DNA of 63,372 nucleotides, filler included, from an uncultured bacterium (GCA_964448115.1; 3 parts of 3 records of this genome joined end to end with filler, not necessarily neighbours in it), one strand, 5' to 3'; positions 1-11,041 are shown, counted from the first letter of the whole stretch. The notes: generated by a model from the sequence alone, not told the origin. Numbers and translations: made by a program.

Positions 1-682
1 GGAATTTGCAGGTCTCAATCGTATTCAAAGGACTGCGCAGGCATATATCCTGTATAGAACGATCTGAGTTGACCAGATCCATGATCTTTCGATCATAGGG
101 GCTAAGGAAGCTGAGCTTCTTGAAATCATCGAACTTGGGTGTCGGCTTCAAGGGGCGTGAATCTGATACCAGAGTATTTTTAATGTTCTGGGAAGTAAAG
201 TAGATCTTGACTCCCTTGTAGATGAGCTTTGGAGTGTTGATATCCTTGAGCACTGATATGGAGGACTTGTCATAGGGACCGGGTCTGAATCGAATCTTGC
301 CTTGATCCCAGGGAAACGCATTAAGAACGATATCCTCGACTTGTCTGCGGATCTCCGCATAGAGTCTATCAGCGCTTATGTACTTTAGCTCCAGCAGTAT
401 CTGTCCGTGTCGCTTAAGACTCTTGGATTTTTCTAATTCAATAAGTGAAGTACGATACTGCTCCTCTGTGATAATCTGGTCATGAAGCAATCTCTCCCCA
501 AGTCGCTCTTCGACAACATTGCTAAGCGCGAAGACAAGCTCACCGTTCTCAAAGAAGATAGTCTTCACCGAGTCAAGATGATGAACACTTAGCACACCGG
601 GCACCTTATAGTGGTTGATGGTAGCAAAAGCCTCTGCTAGCGAAGTTTCCTGCAAGGTGCCGTTGTATTCGAATTCGGGCAT
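1..682 (-). CDS. DUF4388 (PATAN-like) domain protein, 3' end runs off the window
   Basis: Not in ORF track. Manual translation from ATG at 682 (GGAGG RBS ~7 nt upstream): MPEFEYNGTLQETSLAEAFATINHYKVPGVLSV...KTIFFENGELVFALSN...RLGERLL...FPWDQGKIRF, which matches the DUF4388 pattern. Confidence 0.8.
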   Translation of the reverse strand, partial: MPEFEYNGTLQETSLAEAFATINHYKVPGVLSVHHLDSVKTIFFENGELVFALSNVVEERLGERLLHDQIITEEQYRTSLIELEKSKSLKRHGQILLELKYISADRLYAEIRRQVEDIVLNAFPWDQGKIRFRPGPYDKSSISVLKDINTPKLIYKGVKIYFTSQNIKNTLVSDSRPLKPTPKFDDFKKLSFLSPYDRKIMDLVNSDRSIQDICLRSPLNTIETCKF

Positions 683-921
683 AATATTCCTCCCTAAAGA
701 TTATCCTAAGTTATATGCTGGCGTCAAATGTTAATAGGCATGAGGGCTTGGGGCTTTAGGGCTATTTAATCCCGACAGAGTCAGGATATGAAGAAATGGT
801 CTCACCCAAAGACGCAAAGAAGAAAGCAAAAAAATACAAAACACCCGGAATCACTGTTATACTTTTGATCCTTTGCAAATATAGTCTATAATCATAAACA
901 ATTGGCAATGATATAGTAAAT

Positions 922-3900
922 ATGAGGTTGTATATAAATAAAAGCCTTGATACAAAGGCGTTTTTCCTGGTGGGTTGTCTTGTTTGCTTGTGCTTATCTG
1001 CCAATATAAGCCTGGCTGCAAAGAGCGATCAAGCAGCGCCTTTAGCTACCCCGACACCACCAGCAGAGAACCAGGTTATCATCTCGCCGACGCCGACACA
1101 TGTCTCCGGCTCAATCGATACAGACACCTACTGGTCTGCGATGACCAGCCCGGTCTATATCGACGGCGATACCTTCCTGGAGAACGGGGTTACGCTGACC
1201 ATCTTCGGCGGGGCAGAGATCCGCTTCACCGGCAACTATCGGCTTGAGATCCACGGCAAGCTGGTCGCCAGGGGATCTTATGGTGCTTACATCACCTTCA
1301 CCTCGAATTGCCCCTCCCCGCAGCCTGGGGACTGGAAGTTCATCCGCTTTGCCAACGACTCCATGCCAGCAAGCTACGATGAGTCTGGGGAATACCAAGA
1401 TGGCTGTATAATCGAGAACGCCATAATCGAGTATGCACGCCAGGGTGTGGTCTGCGATGGGGCTATGCCTTACATCCACCTCAATACCTTCAGGCACTGC
1501 GGTACTGAAATGGACAAGGGAGCTGGGATCGGATGCTATTACGATGCAGCTCCAAGGATAGAAGGGAACATCTTCAGGGATCTGTTCGCCATCGAGGGTG
1601 CGGGGATCTTCGCCAATGACTCGCACCCGCAGATCATCGACAATATATTCATAAGAAACGAGGCGGATCAGGGAGCGGCGATATTCCTCAATCTCGATTG
1701 TAATCCGCTGATATCGGGCAATACACTGGCTAATAATACAGCCAGCGGCTACAAGGGGGACCAGGTGGCACTGTACAGCAGCTACAGCTCATCTCCGAGC
1801 GTAAGCGGGCTGGTGGCGGTGCACAACGATTGCGGGGGAGTTTATGTAGAGTCCGGCTCCATGATCCACTGCACAATTGTGAACAATCAAGGGGATGGCA
1901 TTATAGGCACCCCGCTGAACATAAATCGATGCAATATATACGCAAATGAGGGCTATCAACTGCGCCTGAATTACGATGAGGATGTCAATGCGACCTATAA
2001 CTACTGGGGCACAACTGACGGCGAAGAGATCAACGGCTACATTTTCGACCGCAACGATTCCGCCTCGGTGGGCAGGGCGCATTTCGTGCCATATTTATCC
2101 TCCTGTGCTTATGATGCACCGATCCCGCCACCGCTTGAATTGCAGATAACCGAGCTGCCCGACCAGTTCATCCTGCAATGGATACCGGTAAACCATGCCG
2201 GTCTTATGGGCTACCAGATATACTATGATACCGACGGCAGCGGAGAGCCTTATGACGGCAAGAACCTCGACCAGGGGGATTCGCCGATCGGACTGGTGCC
2301 GAGGGAGGATTACACGCTCACCGGCATCGATCCCTCCAAGCGTTACTGGATAGCGATGAAGGCGATAAAATCCGGGTTCAAGGCGAGTTATTACTCCAAC
2401 GAGGTGAGCGGCACGCTGAGCACACTGACACCAACCCCGACCAACACGCCGACCATAACCCAAACTCCCACAGTAACGCCGACCATGACCAACACTCCCT
2501 CGATAACCGCCTCGCCGACAGCCACGCCGACCGTAACCCCCACCGGCATGTCAACCTTCACACCATCAGCAACCGGCACCCCAACGGTAACCAACACTCA
2601 GACTCCGACCAGCACGTCAACCGGCACCCCGACCAGTACCAATACGCCGACCTGCACTCCCACCCATACGCCGGTGCCGGAGACCTGGATCGAGCACGAT
2701 ACCACCTGGCACCTGGAGGGAAGCCCCTATTATCTTTTAGGCAACCTTTATATCGGCAATGGAGCGACTTTAGTGATCGAAGCCGGCTGCGAGATATATT
2801 TCCTGGTTCCAGGGCGGATAAGCGTCGAGGAAGGGACGCTGGTAGCTCGCGGCTTTGAGGATCAGCGCATCCTGTTCACCGGCTATGGCTCCACCAATTG
2901 GCAAGGGATCGCCTTCAAGGACGATGCAGTGGATGCTCAATACGATCCCAGCGGTGGTTGGGTCAGCGGGTGTATCCTGCAGAACTGCGATATCTACAAG
3001 TCATCGCTGGCAATTTATATACAGAAATCCTCGCCGTTCATAGATAGCTGCAATATCCGATACAACATCGGCAGCGGCGCCTTGAGCGGCGCTATCCAGG
3101 TGGTCAACCAGGCATCTGCGCGCATCGAGGGTAATACGATAAGAAACAACGCCGGCGGGGTAGGGGGCTTGTTTATATATAATGCCTCGCCCCAGGTTCG
3201 GAATAACATAATCATCGACAACATAGCCGACGGCTCAGGGGGACAGGCTGCCGGCGGAGTGAGCGTCTTTTTCACAGACAGCGGTCCGGCTCCATTCATC
3301 GAGCATAATATAATAGCCAGGAACTGGAGCCAGGATGGCGCCGGGGGAATCTATGTCGATTACCGCTCCAATAACGCCGAGATCAATAACAACCTGATCT
3401 ATTACAACGATGGCGATGGGGTGTGGGCTGGAGGAGGTCAATATCACTATAACGCTATCGTACTGAACAATGGTATCGGCATTACTGGAACCACCGCAGG
3501 CTCACCTGATTATGTAACCTACAACGCCATCTATGGTAATGTCAGCTACCAGGCTGCGCTCGCTTGCGGAATCGGAGTCGATGGCACCTATACATACTGG
3601 GGAACGACCGATGATGAGCTAATAGCTGAGATGATCTATGATCAAAGCGATGATGCTTCCCTGGGTATATATTATTATGACCCGATCCTCGAAGAGATGC
3701 ACCAAGACAACATGATACCTCCTCCCATCGGCATCGAGCACACGCATAACGGCTTAGTGCTTTATCTCAGTTGGCTGCCGGTAAACCATCCCGATGTAGC
3801 CGGCTACAATATCCACTATGACTTCGATGAGCCGGGCTTTCCCTTCGAGGGGACTGGTGCGCCCCAGGGGGATTCCCCCATTACAGTAGGCGATGTTACC

Positions 3901-4554
3901 GAGTGCCAGGTAACCGGCTCCGAGGCAGGTCAGGTCATCTTCGCTGCAATAACCACGCTCACCTCCACTGGCGAGAGCTGGTATTCCAAGGATATCATCC
4001 ATCAGATCGGGATGGAGACCGCCACGCCAACAGCCACGCCGACCCACTCCGCAACCGCCCAGCCGACCAGGACGCCGACCGTAACCAACACGCCGAGTGT
4101 AACCCCCACTCAGACGCCGACGATCACATCAACGCCGACCGAGACGCCGACCATAACCAAGACGCCTACTAGTACGCCCACTTTCACCAATACGCCGACC
4201 AAGACGCCGTTTTTCACCGTCTCGCCGACTGGTGGAGCATACAATCCTCCCAAGATACTGCTCGGCGGATACATGGCTGCCAACATCACGAAGGAGCTAG
4301 GGGGCTTGTTCGAGATGCTCGCTATGGTCTCGGACCCTGATGGACACAAGATATTGAAGGTCGAGATCCACTACAACAACATGCCAACCGGCGTGCAGTT
4401 GCCAGCCTTCAACCTGGAGGACGGCGTTTACTGGATGACCGGACCTCGTATAGAACCGGGCATCGAGCCGGCTGAGTTACTGCTTCAACTGCGCGCCACT
4501 GATATCACTTTCTCGATGAGTTCATTCTGGCCTTACCTTTCGGTGGGAGGTTGA
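922..4554 (+). CDS. Large exported protein: 2x [right-handed beta-helix + FN3-like + Thr/Pro linker] + shared C-terminal WPxLxV domain
   Basis: Signal peptide; Asn-ladder repeats (I.GN.I..N.A..GAGI); FN3-like W...GY.I.YD segments; TPTxTPT linkers; internal duplication. Confidence 0.85.
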   Translation: MRLYINKSLDTKAFFLVGCLVCLCLSANISLAAKSDQAAPLATPTPPAENQVIISPTPTHVSGSIDTDTYWSAMTSPVYIDGDTFLENGVTLTIFGGAEIRFTGNYRLEIHGKLVARGSYGAYITFTSNCPSPQPGDWKFIRFANDSMPASYDESGEYQDGCIIENAIIEYARQGVVCDGAMPYIHLNTFRHCGTEMDKGAGIGCYYDAAPRIEGNIFRDLFAIEGAGIFANDSHPQIIDNIFIRNEADQGAAIFLNLDCNPLISGNTLANNTASGYKGDQVALYSSYSSSPSVSGLVAVHNDCGGVYVESGSMIHCTIVNNQGDGIIGTPLNINRCNIYANEGYQLRLNYDEDVNATYNYWGTTDGEEINGYIFDRNDSASVGRAHFVPYLSSCAYDAPIPPPLELQITELPDQFILQWIPVNHAGLMGYQIYYDTDGSGEPYDGKNLDQGDSPIGLVPREDYTLTGIDPSKRYWIAMKAIKSGFKASYYSNEVSGTLSTLTPTPTNTPTITQTPTVTPTMTNTPSITASPTATPTVTPTGMSTFTPSATGTPTVTNTQTPTSTSTGTPTSTNTPTCTPTHTPVPETWIEHDTTWHLEGSPYYLLGNLYIGNGATLVIEAGCEIYFLVPGRISVEEGTLVARGFEDQRILFTGYGSTNWQGIAFKDDAVDAQYDPSGGWVSGCILQNCDIYKSSLAIYIQKSSPFIDSCNIRYNIGSGALSGAIQVVNQASARIEGNTIRNNAGGVGGLFIYNASPQVRNNIIIDNIADGSGGQAAGGVSVFFTDSGPAPFIEHNIIARNWSQDGAGGIYVDYRSNNAEINNNLIYYNDGDGVWAGGGQYHYNAIVLNNGIGITGTTAGSPDYVTYNAIYGNVSYQAALACGIGVDGTYTYWGTTDDELIAEMIYDQSDDASLGIYYYDPILEEMHQDNMIPPPIGIEHTHNGLVLYLSWLPVNHPDVAGYNIHYDFDEPGFPFEGTGAPQGDSPITVGDVTECQVTGSEAGQVIFAAITTLTSTGESWYSKDIIHQIGMETATPTATPTHSATAQPTRTPTVTNTPSVTPTQTPTITSTPTETPTITKTPTSTPTFTNTPTKTPFFTVSPTGGAYNPPKILLGGYMAANITKELGGLFEMLAMVSDPDGHKILKVEIHYNNMPTGVQLPAFNLEDGVYWMTGPRIEPGIEPAELLLQLRATDITFSMSSFWPYLSVGG

Positions 4555-4665
4555 CATCATTTTAATGGGTGATTGGATTACATCTGAAACACGGCCGGAC
4601 GATTGTAATACCTGCCATACCGGGGTGACGGTGGATTGAACAACACTGAAAGGTGAATTGTTGCT

Positions 4666-5811
4666 ATGAGTAAACCAATTATTTTCTTTATATGTATAAT
4701 CCTCTCATTGCCAGCAACTTTAAAAGCTAGCAACTCCATCATTGATAACATCGATATTTCCGGCTACTTCCAGCTATGGTGCATACCCTATGAGGGTGCT
4801 GAGAACGGCTTGCAGCAGCCCTTTAGCGAACAGGAGGCTGCTCAATCAGCCGCCGGGTTTATCTTTCGCCGAGCCAGGCTGAAACTACACAGTCAGAGCG
4901 ATGATGCCTTCCTAAAGATCAATTTCCAGGCGAGACTGGAGGGAGGCTTCGAGCTATATGACTATTCTGCCACAATGAATTTCAGCCGGCACTTAAATTT
5001 ACTTGTCGGGCAGATGAAAATCCCCATTGAGTACGAGAGTCTTATATCAGCGCAAAATCTGGACTTCATCGTCCGCTCCCAGTTGGCTCGAAAGCTCCCA
5101 GATTACACTCTTTCACGGCATCCATTCAAGGTATCTCCATTTTATGGCAACAAACCAAGAAGGCGCGATCTTGGCATCGGCGCTAAGGGAACGATTCTGG
5201 GAAATCACCTCAAGTATTTCGTTATGCTAGGTAACGGTTTAGGTGCTAACCTATGGGTGGGATGTGATACTCAAAAAGGATTTATTACATCAAATGAACC
5301 TGGCGATCTTCTCTATAGCGGCAGGATCGAGCTTATTCCAATGAGCGGGATCTCAATAGGAGGTCATTATACATATAACTACCATGAGAATGTTATCTAC
5401 AACGAGGATAATGTACTCGATATAAAGAGAAAAAGCTGGTCAACCGACCTGCAATTAAAAACGCTGCAAAGGATTAAATGTGTCTTTATGTATGCAGGTG
5501 GATTGGTCGATGATGACATCGATTATAATGGCAAGACTGACTATGAATACTGGGGCTGGGAGGGAAGGCTAATCGCTGAGCTTATCAAGGATAAACTGGA
5601 GCTGGGGCTTAGATTTGATAGCTACAGTTATCGCAATAACAATTTAGCACCGACAGTTATTCAGGATATCTGGACTTATGGGATCAACTATTACCTTGAA
5701 CCTTGTGGCAAGCTACAACTTAATTACATGCACAAGGTAAAGGATAACAAGGTCGATGAGGATCTTGATGATGATATAATCTTCATCAATTTGCATCTAG
5801 GATTCCACTAA
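4666..5811 (+). CDS. Outer-membrane porin, OprO/OprP-like
   Basis: Signal peptide; FRRARL, GQMKIP..E.L.S...LDFI.RS and RDLGI motifs; amphipathic C-terminal strand ending LGFH. Confidence 0.75.
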   Translation: MSKPIIFFICIILSLPATLKASNSIIDNIDISGYFQLWCIPYEGAENGLQQPFSEQEAAQSAAGFIFRRARLKLHSQSDDAFLKINFQARLEGGFELYDYSATMNFSRHLNLLVGQMKIPIEYESLISAQNLDFIVRSQLARKLPDYTLSRHPFKVSPFYGNKPRRRDLGIGAKGTILGNHLKYFVMLGNGLGANLWVGCDTQKGFITSNEPGDLLYSGRIELIPMSGISIGGHYTYNYHENVIYNEDNVLDIKRKSWSTDLQLKTLQRIKCVFMYAGGLVDDDIDYNGKTDYEYWGWEGRLIAELIKDKLELGLRFDSYSYRNNNLAPTVIQDIWTYGINYYLEPCGKLQLNYMHKVKDNKVDEDLDDDIIFINLHLGFH

Positions 5812-5838
5812 CGGTAAAGTATTCTTCGCCTGCCATAT

Positions 5839-7395
5839 TTGAATATCATTCCTATTTTGATTATAAAAGATTCTGTGTTCAGGAGAGATCGTATTTTATT
5901 TCTTTATGTATTAGGGGCTTTATTTTTAGGGGTTTACCTCTGTTTTGCTTTCCCTGGTTCTCCATGCTGGGAATCAGAGGACACCTGCGTGGGTCGCAAT
6001 CTCATTGTCGCCGATATGGATAAGAATGGCTTCAATGACCTTGTAGTGCTGGATGGCGGACTTCCTATCTTCCAGTCGGATCACCAGGTGATACGAATTT
6101 TTTATAATCAATATGGCACACTAAACAAGAATATTGGATATAGTTCAGCAGAGTATTCTTTTTATACAAGATATCTAAACACCATATCCCTCGGCCATCT
6201 GGATGATGATGGCTATTTGGACCTTGCGGTGGATCTCGGACAACGAGGGGTAATGATCTACTACAATAACCAGCAGGGAGCCTTCGAGGATGAGCCAATA
6301 GTGCTGGAATATACCGAGCAGGCAGATTATTATTATACCTTCGGCGCTGACTTTGCACAGATCGAGGATCTTACTGGCGATGGATATGGTGAGGTGATAG
6401 CACTGTGGTTCCATAGCCTGCGTATTTATCCTAATATTCAGGGAGTTGTTAGCTCTGATCCACAAGTAATAACCTGGTCGCCACCACCGACCAACCAAAA
6501 TACCCATTTCAAGAGCCTGGCTATCGGCGATGTCAACAATGATAACTTCAAGGATATCGTGGTTAGCTACCAGCCTACCATGCTAGGTGGCAGGGAAGGG
6601 GTGGCTCTTTTCATAAATAACATTGGCAAATTTAGCAATACACCCGATTGGTGGTGCAAGCAGACCGGAAGAGCGAACCTCGTTGATGTAAATCAGGATG
6701 GATATTTAGACCTGGTTCTTAACTCCCGGATCTTTCTAAATGATCATGGAACATTTAATCAAGAGCCTGATATAACCAATCAATTATACGCTGGAATATG
6801 GAGGGACCTGGATAACGATAGCTATCCTGATCTCGCCCTGGAGTACATGGACAAGAACCTATGGCTTGTGTTGAACAAACAAGGCTCGATAGCCCCCTCT
6901 CCTGCATGGAGATATATTTCCGAGCATCGCTTCGGAGACCATGCGATCGGCGATCTGAACAATGATGGCATAAATGACCTTATTATCTCTCTAATGGAAG
7001 GACACATAGTTTACCAACCCCAAGAAATAGTCGTTTTTTATAATGATGGCGTATTCCCAGAGCCTGGGGCACCTAGATGTTATTTCGCTGGTTACCTGAA
7101 CTCTGCCCTGAGCAGTAGCGGCGGTGGATTGATATGGATGCTCGCTTATATCCAGGATCCAGTGAGTGCCTATGATATCAAGGCTGTGGAGCTATATTAT
7201 GGCACCATGTCAACCGGCATTTATCTTACCGATGAGGGGGATTGGTGGGACCTGGAGAGGATGGATGGTTGGTATGGGCTTTATATGCAAGTGTCGCCCG
7301 GGATGCCAACAGGAGCATATCTAATGACCATTTATTTGAGCGACTATGATGGTTTTAGCAACCTTAGCTGGCCTTATCTAAATGTTGACTATTGA
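5839..7395 (+). CDS. FG-GAP/VCBS-repeat exported protein with shared C-terminal WPxLxV domain (start codon uncertain)
   Basis: About 7 DxNxDGxxDL-type repeats (DMDKNGFNDL, LDDDGYLDL, DVNNDNFKDI, DVNQDGYLDL, DLNNDGINDL); hydrophobic N-terminal segment. Confidence 0.85.
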   Translation: MNIIPILIIKDSVFRRDRILFLYVLGALFLGVYLCFAFPGSPCWESEDTCVGRNLIVADMDKNGFNDLVVLDGGLPIFQSDHQVIRIFYNQYGTLNKNIGYSSAEYSFYTRYLNTISLGHLDDDGYLDLAVDLGQRGVMIYYNNQQGAFEDEPIVLEYTEQADYYYTFGADFAQIEDLTGDGYGEVIALWFHSLRIYPNIQGVVSSDPQVITWSPPPTNQNTHFKSLAIGDVNNDNFKDIVVSYQPTMLGGREGVALFINNIGKFSNTPDWWCKQTGRANLVDVNQDGYLDLVLNSRIFLNDHGTFNQEPDITNQLYAGIWRDLDNDSYPDLALEYMDKNLWLVLNKQGSIAPSPAWRYISEHRFGDHAIGDLNNDGINDLIISLMEGHIVYQPQEIVVFYNDGVFPEPGAPRCYFAGYLNSALSSSGGGLIWMLAYIQDPVSAYDIKAVELYYGTMSTGIYLTDEGDWWDLERMDGWYGLYMQVSPGMPTGAYLMTIYLSDYDGFSNLSWPYLNVDY

Positions 7396-7396
7396 G

Positions 7397-7885
7397 CTAT
7401 TGGGTGGTTCTGGTCAACGGATAATTGGGTAGCAACCGGTTCCAGGTTTTTACATTAAGCACATTACAGCCGTTGAAGATGGTATTTTTCCATTGGTCTG
7501 CAATCCCGAAAAGGGGGAGCTTTCTCCTGAGCATCTCTGATAAACCAAGCATAGCAGGCTCGGAGAGATTATCGATATCTATCAGGACTATACAAACAAT
7601 CGGTTTATTAGTGCGACCAGATGCCCATTCATACAGAAAACTATCCCTGAAGGTATAGGTCAGGTCGGTGATGAAATCATAAGCTCCTAGTTCCTGCTTC
7701 CTATATGCTTCCTTTATCTGCTGCGGATCCGCGACCAGGAGATACAGGATTTTATCCTGTAACTCGACAATAAAATCTACTGCCTTCATACAATGCAACA
7801 TTCCGTGTTCCTGACCGGCGAATCTCCTGGCTTCGATAGCCTCAGAGAAGTCGAATCTCAACCCGTTTATCCTGAATGCCTTCAT
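7397..7885 (-). CDS. Hypothetical protein, PD-(D/E)xK-like partner of the adjacent ATPase
   Basis: ATGA overlap with upstream ATPase; KAVDFIVE...LYLLVADP resembles a D...ExK nuclease core with E/K substituted. Confidence 0.6.
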   Translation of the reverse strand: MKAFRINGLRFDFSEAIEARRFAGQEHGMLHCMKAVDFIVELQDKILYLLVADPQQIKEAYRKQELGAYDFITDLTYTFRDSFLYEWASGRTNKPIVCIVLIDIDNLSEPAMLGLSEMLRRKLPLFGIADQWKNTIFNGCNVLNVKTWNRLLPNYPLTRTTQ

Positions 7886-8919
7886 TGGTTCGACTCCTTC
7901 TTCTCTTTATCCATTAGCAGTTTCTTGATCTCGCGGTCATAAACATCCATGTAGGCATCTGCGATCGGATTGATCGGTAATTGAAAACATGAGGGTGCGC
8001 TTCGCACCTTGATCTCATCCTCATAACGATAAAGAACATGATACATAAGGTCGTCTTCTTCCTCTCTTTGCAGCTCCAGCTCCTTGAGCAGCAAGTAGCT
8101 ATGGGTGGCCATAAATACCTGGACTCCCATCTGTTGTAAATGCAGCAATATCCTTGCCAGCAGTTTTATTGTTTTAGGGTTAAGATCCGCTTCAGGCACA
8201 TCCCAAAACAGGACTGAGCCATCGTGAAGGGTTCCATTGCGAATAAGATGCCCGAGCAGAGCCAGCTTGCGAAGCCCCTCGCCGAGAAGGCTGAATTCGA
8301 GGTTGCCATGGCTGGAGCGCAGGAAGAATTCCTCGTGTTTGGACATGACCTTACCCCCACTTAACTCCTCAATTATATCAATAGATTCCTTTTTTCTGTG
8401 TTCGGTTGGACCCCTCAGCGCGGGGATCAGTGCATAGCCGATTAAATCTACCTCTATCTCCTCGAAGCTCATATCGCTTGAATCGTACAAATCACGGTAA
8501 TTGGGAGCATTTATCAAAACCTCGCTGGATGGTATATAAGCGCAGGCTAGAATCTGCGCTTTCCAATCAGGAAGCCCGTGAATATTTATATCATTGGACT
8601 TAGAGTTATCGGTATGGCTGGTGAAGGATACATACAACCTGGTTTTATCGCTGAAGATCTCAATAACCGTGCTGGCTATCCCCCGTTGTCTTTGTACTAA
8701 CCGACCGACCTTTTTCCCGGTGGGCAGAAAGTCTCTTATTAGCTTATCGATAAAATTATCCTCTGATATGGTGATATCGCAGCCAGCATAAAGCACCTTC
8801 AGTAAGTGAGTTTTGCCAATTCCATTTTCTCCAATAAGTATGTTAATACCCGGAGAAAAGAAAAGATCCAGATTTTTGAAGGCTGTAAACTGTTCGATTC
8901 GAAGCCGTTTTATTCCCAT
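7882..8919 (-). CDS. ABC-type ATPase (AAA_15/AAA_21-like)
   Basis: Walker A GENGIGKT, signature-like LGEGLRKL, Walker B VLFWDVPE, H-loop ATHS; AAGGAG RBS upstream. Confidence 0.85.
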   Translation of the reverse strand: MGIKRLRIEQFTAFKNLDLFFSPGINILIGENGIGKTHLLKVLYAGCDITISEDNFIDKLIRDFLPTGKKVGRLVQRQRGIASTVIEIFSDKTRLYVSFTSHTDNSKSNDINIHGLPDWKAQILACAYIPSSEVLINAPNYRDLYDSSDMSFEEIEVDLIGYALIPALRGPTEHRKKESIDIIEELSGGKVMSKHEEFFLRSSHGNLEFSLLGEGLRKLALLGHLIRNGTLHDGSVLFWDVPEADLNPKTIKLLARILLHLQQMGVQVFMATHSYLLLKELELQREEEDDLMYHVLYRYEDEIKVRSAPSCFQLPINPIADAYMDVYDREIKKLLMDKEKKESNQ

Positions 8920-9193
8920 TAATGAAACTCCTTTTTATGATTCGTCAAGTTCACGCTAAAACATAGCATACTTTTTAACTCTGTGAAAGAGCTTTTTAAC
9001 GAAACGCATACTTGAAATTTATAACAAGATCACCTTCAGGTTTGTTCCATTTATTTTCAATAGTAAAGACTTAAGGCTTGAAAGTTTTTCATTTTGTCAA
9101 GGGTTTTGAGACAGAATCTTCGGGATAGGACAAAATTATTGTCTGCATATAAGCAGTGCGAAAGTTAGTGAAAATCTCGGAATAAATAGGTTC

Positions 9194-9685
9194 CTAATCC
9201 TCTGAGATACTAATAATACGGTAGTTTTCACCTCGCGGGGGGTATTTGGTTATATGTATGGTTCCCCGGTTATCTTGCCAGATATAGGTTTTCTTGGAAG
9301 CTTGTACTGCCTCTTTAGCCTCCAGTTTCGACTCAGCCACCTTTTGGAGCTGCTGCAAAGATTTTTTGAGGCTCTGATTTTTCTGTTCTAGGTCGGCAAT
9401 CAGCTTCTCATTTATCGCATTTTGTTGCTTCAGATCGTTCAACTGCTTGTTGTACTGGCTCGTCTTATCGGTCATCTCCCTTTCCATCCCCCCGATAATA
9501 GGCTCGTAGCGGCTGCGGGAAAACTTGTTCTCCAGGAGCATGCCGATAAAAAGACCGATGATAAGAGAATTTATGATGGAGAAGATGACTGACCGCAGCG
9601 GGAAGCTAATCGGCTTCTTCTCGTAGTCTCCCTGCTTTTGCATGGCAGCTTGTTCTTTCAGTATCCTGTCGGTAAGCTCTCCCAT
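9194..9685 (-). CDS. Membrane-anchored coiled-coil protein with C-terminal DUF4124-like motif
   Basis: One TM helix, Q/K/E-rich coiled coil, TYIWQDNRGTIHITKYPP at the C-terminus. Confidence 0.6.
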   Translation of the reverse strand: MGELTDRILKEQAAMQKQGDYEKKPISFPLRSVIFSIINSLIIGLFIGMLLENKFSRSRYEPIIGGMEREMTDKTSQYNKQLNDLKQQNAINEKLIADLEQKNQSLKKSLQQLQKVAESKLEAKEAVQASKKTYIWQDNRGTIHITKYPPRGENYRIISISED

Positions 9686-9874
9686 GGGAGCATAGTAAAA
9701 AAAAAAGTCGAACTAATAAGGGAACTATAGATACTTTACACCCAACCGTCAAGGTGTAAAAAAACAAAGGCAGGAAAATAATCGTTACTTCTCTCACATC
9801 GTATATTCCATCCTTTCATTTGTGCCTAAAATCTGCTACAAAGATAAGCGAGTTAACAGATAACAGGCAGGGCT

Positions 9875-11026
9875 ATGATGATCAAACAAGTTAACATACT
9901 CCCAGTACTGGCGATCATATTATTATTGATGCAAGGCAGTGATTCGTTTGGCTACCTGCAGGTGGGTGATACAGCCACCGATTTCATGCTCCAGGACAGC
10001 TATGGCAACTCGGTGAGCCTGTCCGATTTTTCTGGTGAGATCATCCTTCTAGCCTTCTGGCGCCGTGGCTGAAGTGCCTGTGCGCAGGAGGCTTCTGCGC
10101 TTGAAGGCAGCGTATGGCAGGTCTATGCCAACCAGGGCGTGCAGGTGCTTGCCATTGGCTGGAACGCATCCATAGAAGAGGCGGCTCAGTGGGTAAAGGA
10201 TCATGGGCTTTCCTATCCGGTACTCGCAGATCCAGATGGATCGGTAACTTTCCAATACACACCCCTTGCGGTACCATGGATCGTAATCATCGACCATTAC
10301 ATGGAGATTAGGCTCACCGATGCCGGGGCTGCTAAAAACAAGGATGTAAGCATGGCTGACATCATCAACATGATTGAAGAAATCCTCGATGAGCCACCAT
10401 TGGCACCCACCCTACAGGAGCCTATAATCGACGGGAGCGACCTGCTCCTCGCCTGGAGTCGAGGTATAGAGTCTGATCTGGCAGGATATACTGTACACTG
10501 GGGTGGTGAGTCAGGGAGCTATGTATCGTGTCTGGAGATAACCGATCCCAATGTTACCGATGCAAGATTGGAAGATTTAGATCCTGGATTATATTACCTT
10601 GCGGTTACCGCCTTCGATGGCAGAGACAACATCAGCGACTATTCCAACGAAAAAAGCGCCACTGTGCCGTCCCCGACACCGACTCCCACGCCGACGCAGG
10701 CTTATTCACCTCCCAGGATACATATCGGCGGATACTATGATACGCGACTTGTCGCCGGGCAAAGCGGGGATCTTTTTCTTTTTGCCAAGATAACCGATGA
10801 GGACAACGATATAGATAGTGTGGAGATCTATTTCCAGGAAGCGGCGACTGGAATTTACTTAAACGATAGCGGCGAAGATGGCGACTGGGCAGTGGAGGAT
10901 GACCTTTACTCCTGGAAGATAGAAGGAGTAACCATAGATTACCCATTGCAGGCGCTGCTGGAGATACGATGCAGCGATTGGCAGAGCCTTTGGGCTGATA
11001 GCTGGCCCTGGCTTACCGTGAAGTAG
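9875..11026 (+). CDS. Exported selenoprotein: redoxin (TlpA/AhpC-TSA-like, U-S-A-C) + FN3 + Thr/Pro linker + WPxLxV domain; UGA 10070-10072 read as Sec
   Basis: ORFs 9875..10072 and 10139..11026 are in the same frame with 22 sense codons between them. Joined sequence VGDTATDFMLQD...VSLSDFSGEIILLAFWRRG-U-SACAQEASAL...YPVLADPDG...AVPWIVIID forms a complete thioredoxin-fold redoxin; hairpin directly 3' of the UGA. Confidence 0.88.
10075..10109 (+). promoter_or_regulatory. Putative bacterial SECIS element
   Basis: Lower stem TGCCT(10075-79)/AGGCA(10105-09); upper stem GCGCAGGA(10082-89)/TTCTGCGC(10093-10100); G-containing apical loop ~17 nt after the UGA. Confidence 0.75.
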
Positions 11027-11041
11027 GAACGCAAAATCGAT

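Noticed and set aside
2420-2680. CRISPR or DGR-like repeat array
   Set aside because: The repeats are synonymous-variable Thr/Pro codons inside a CDS. No repeat-spacer structure, cas gene or reverse transcriptase is seen in the window.
4240-4554. Shared C-terminal domain as a canonical T9SS CTD or autotransporter barrel
   Set aside because: It lacks the YPNP and terminal KxxK motifs of T9SS CTDs and is too short for a 12-strand barrel.
10070-10072. Genome-wide UGA reassignment (code 4 or 25)
   Set aside because: rpmF, the aminotransferase and the CTD genes end in TGA at their expected C-termini. Only this UGA interrupts a fold, and it does so at a catalytic Cys position.
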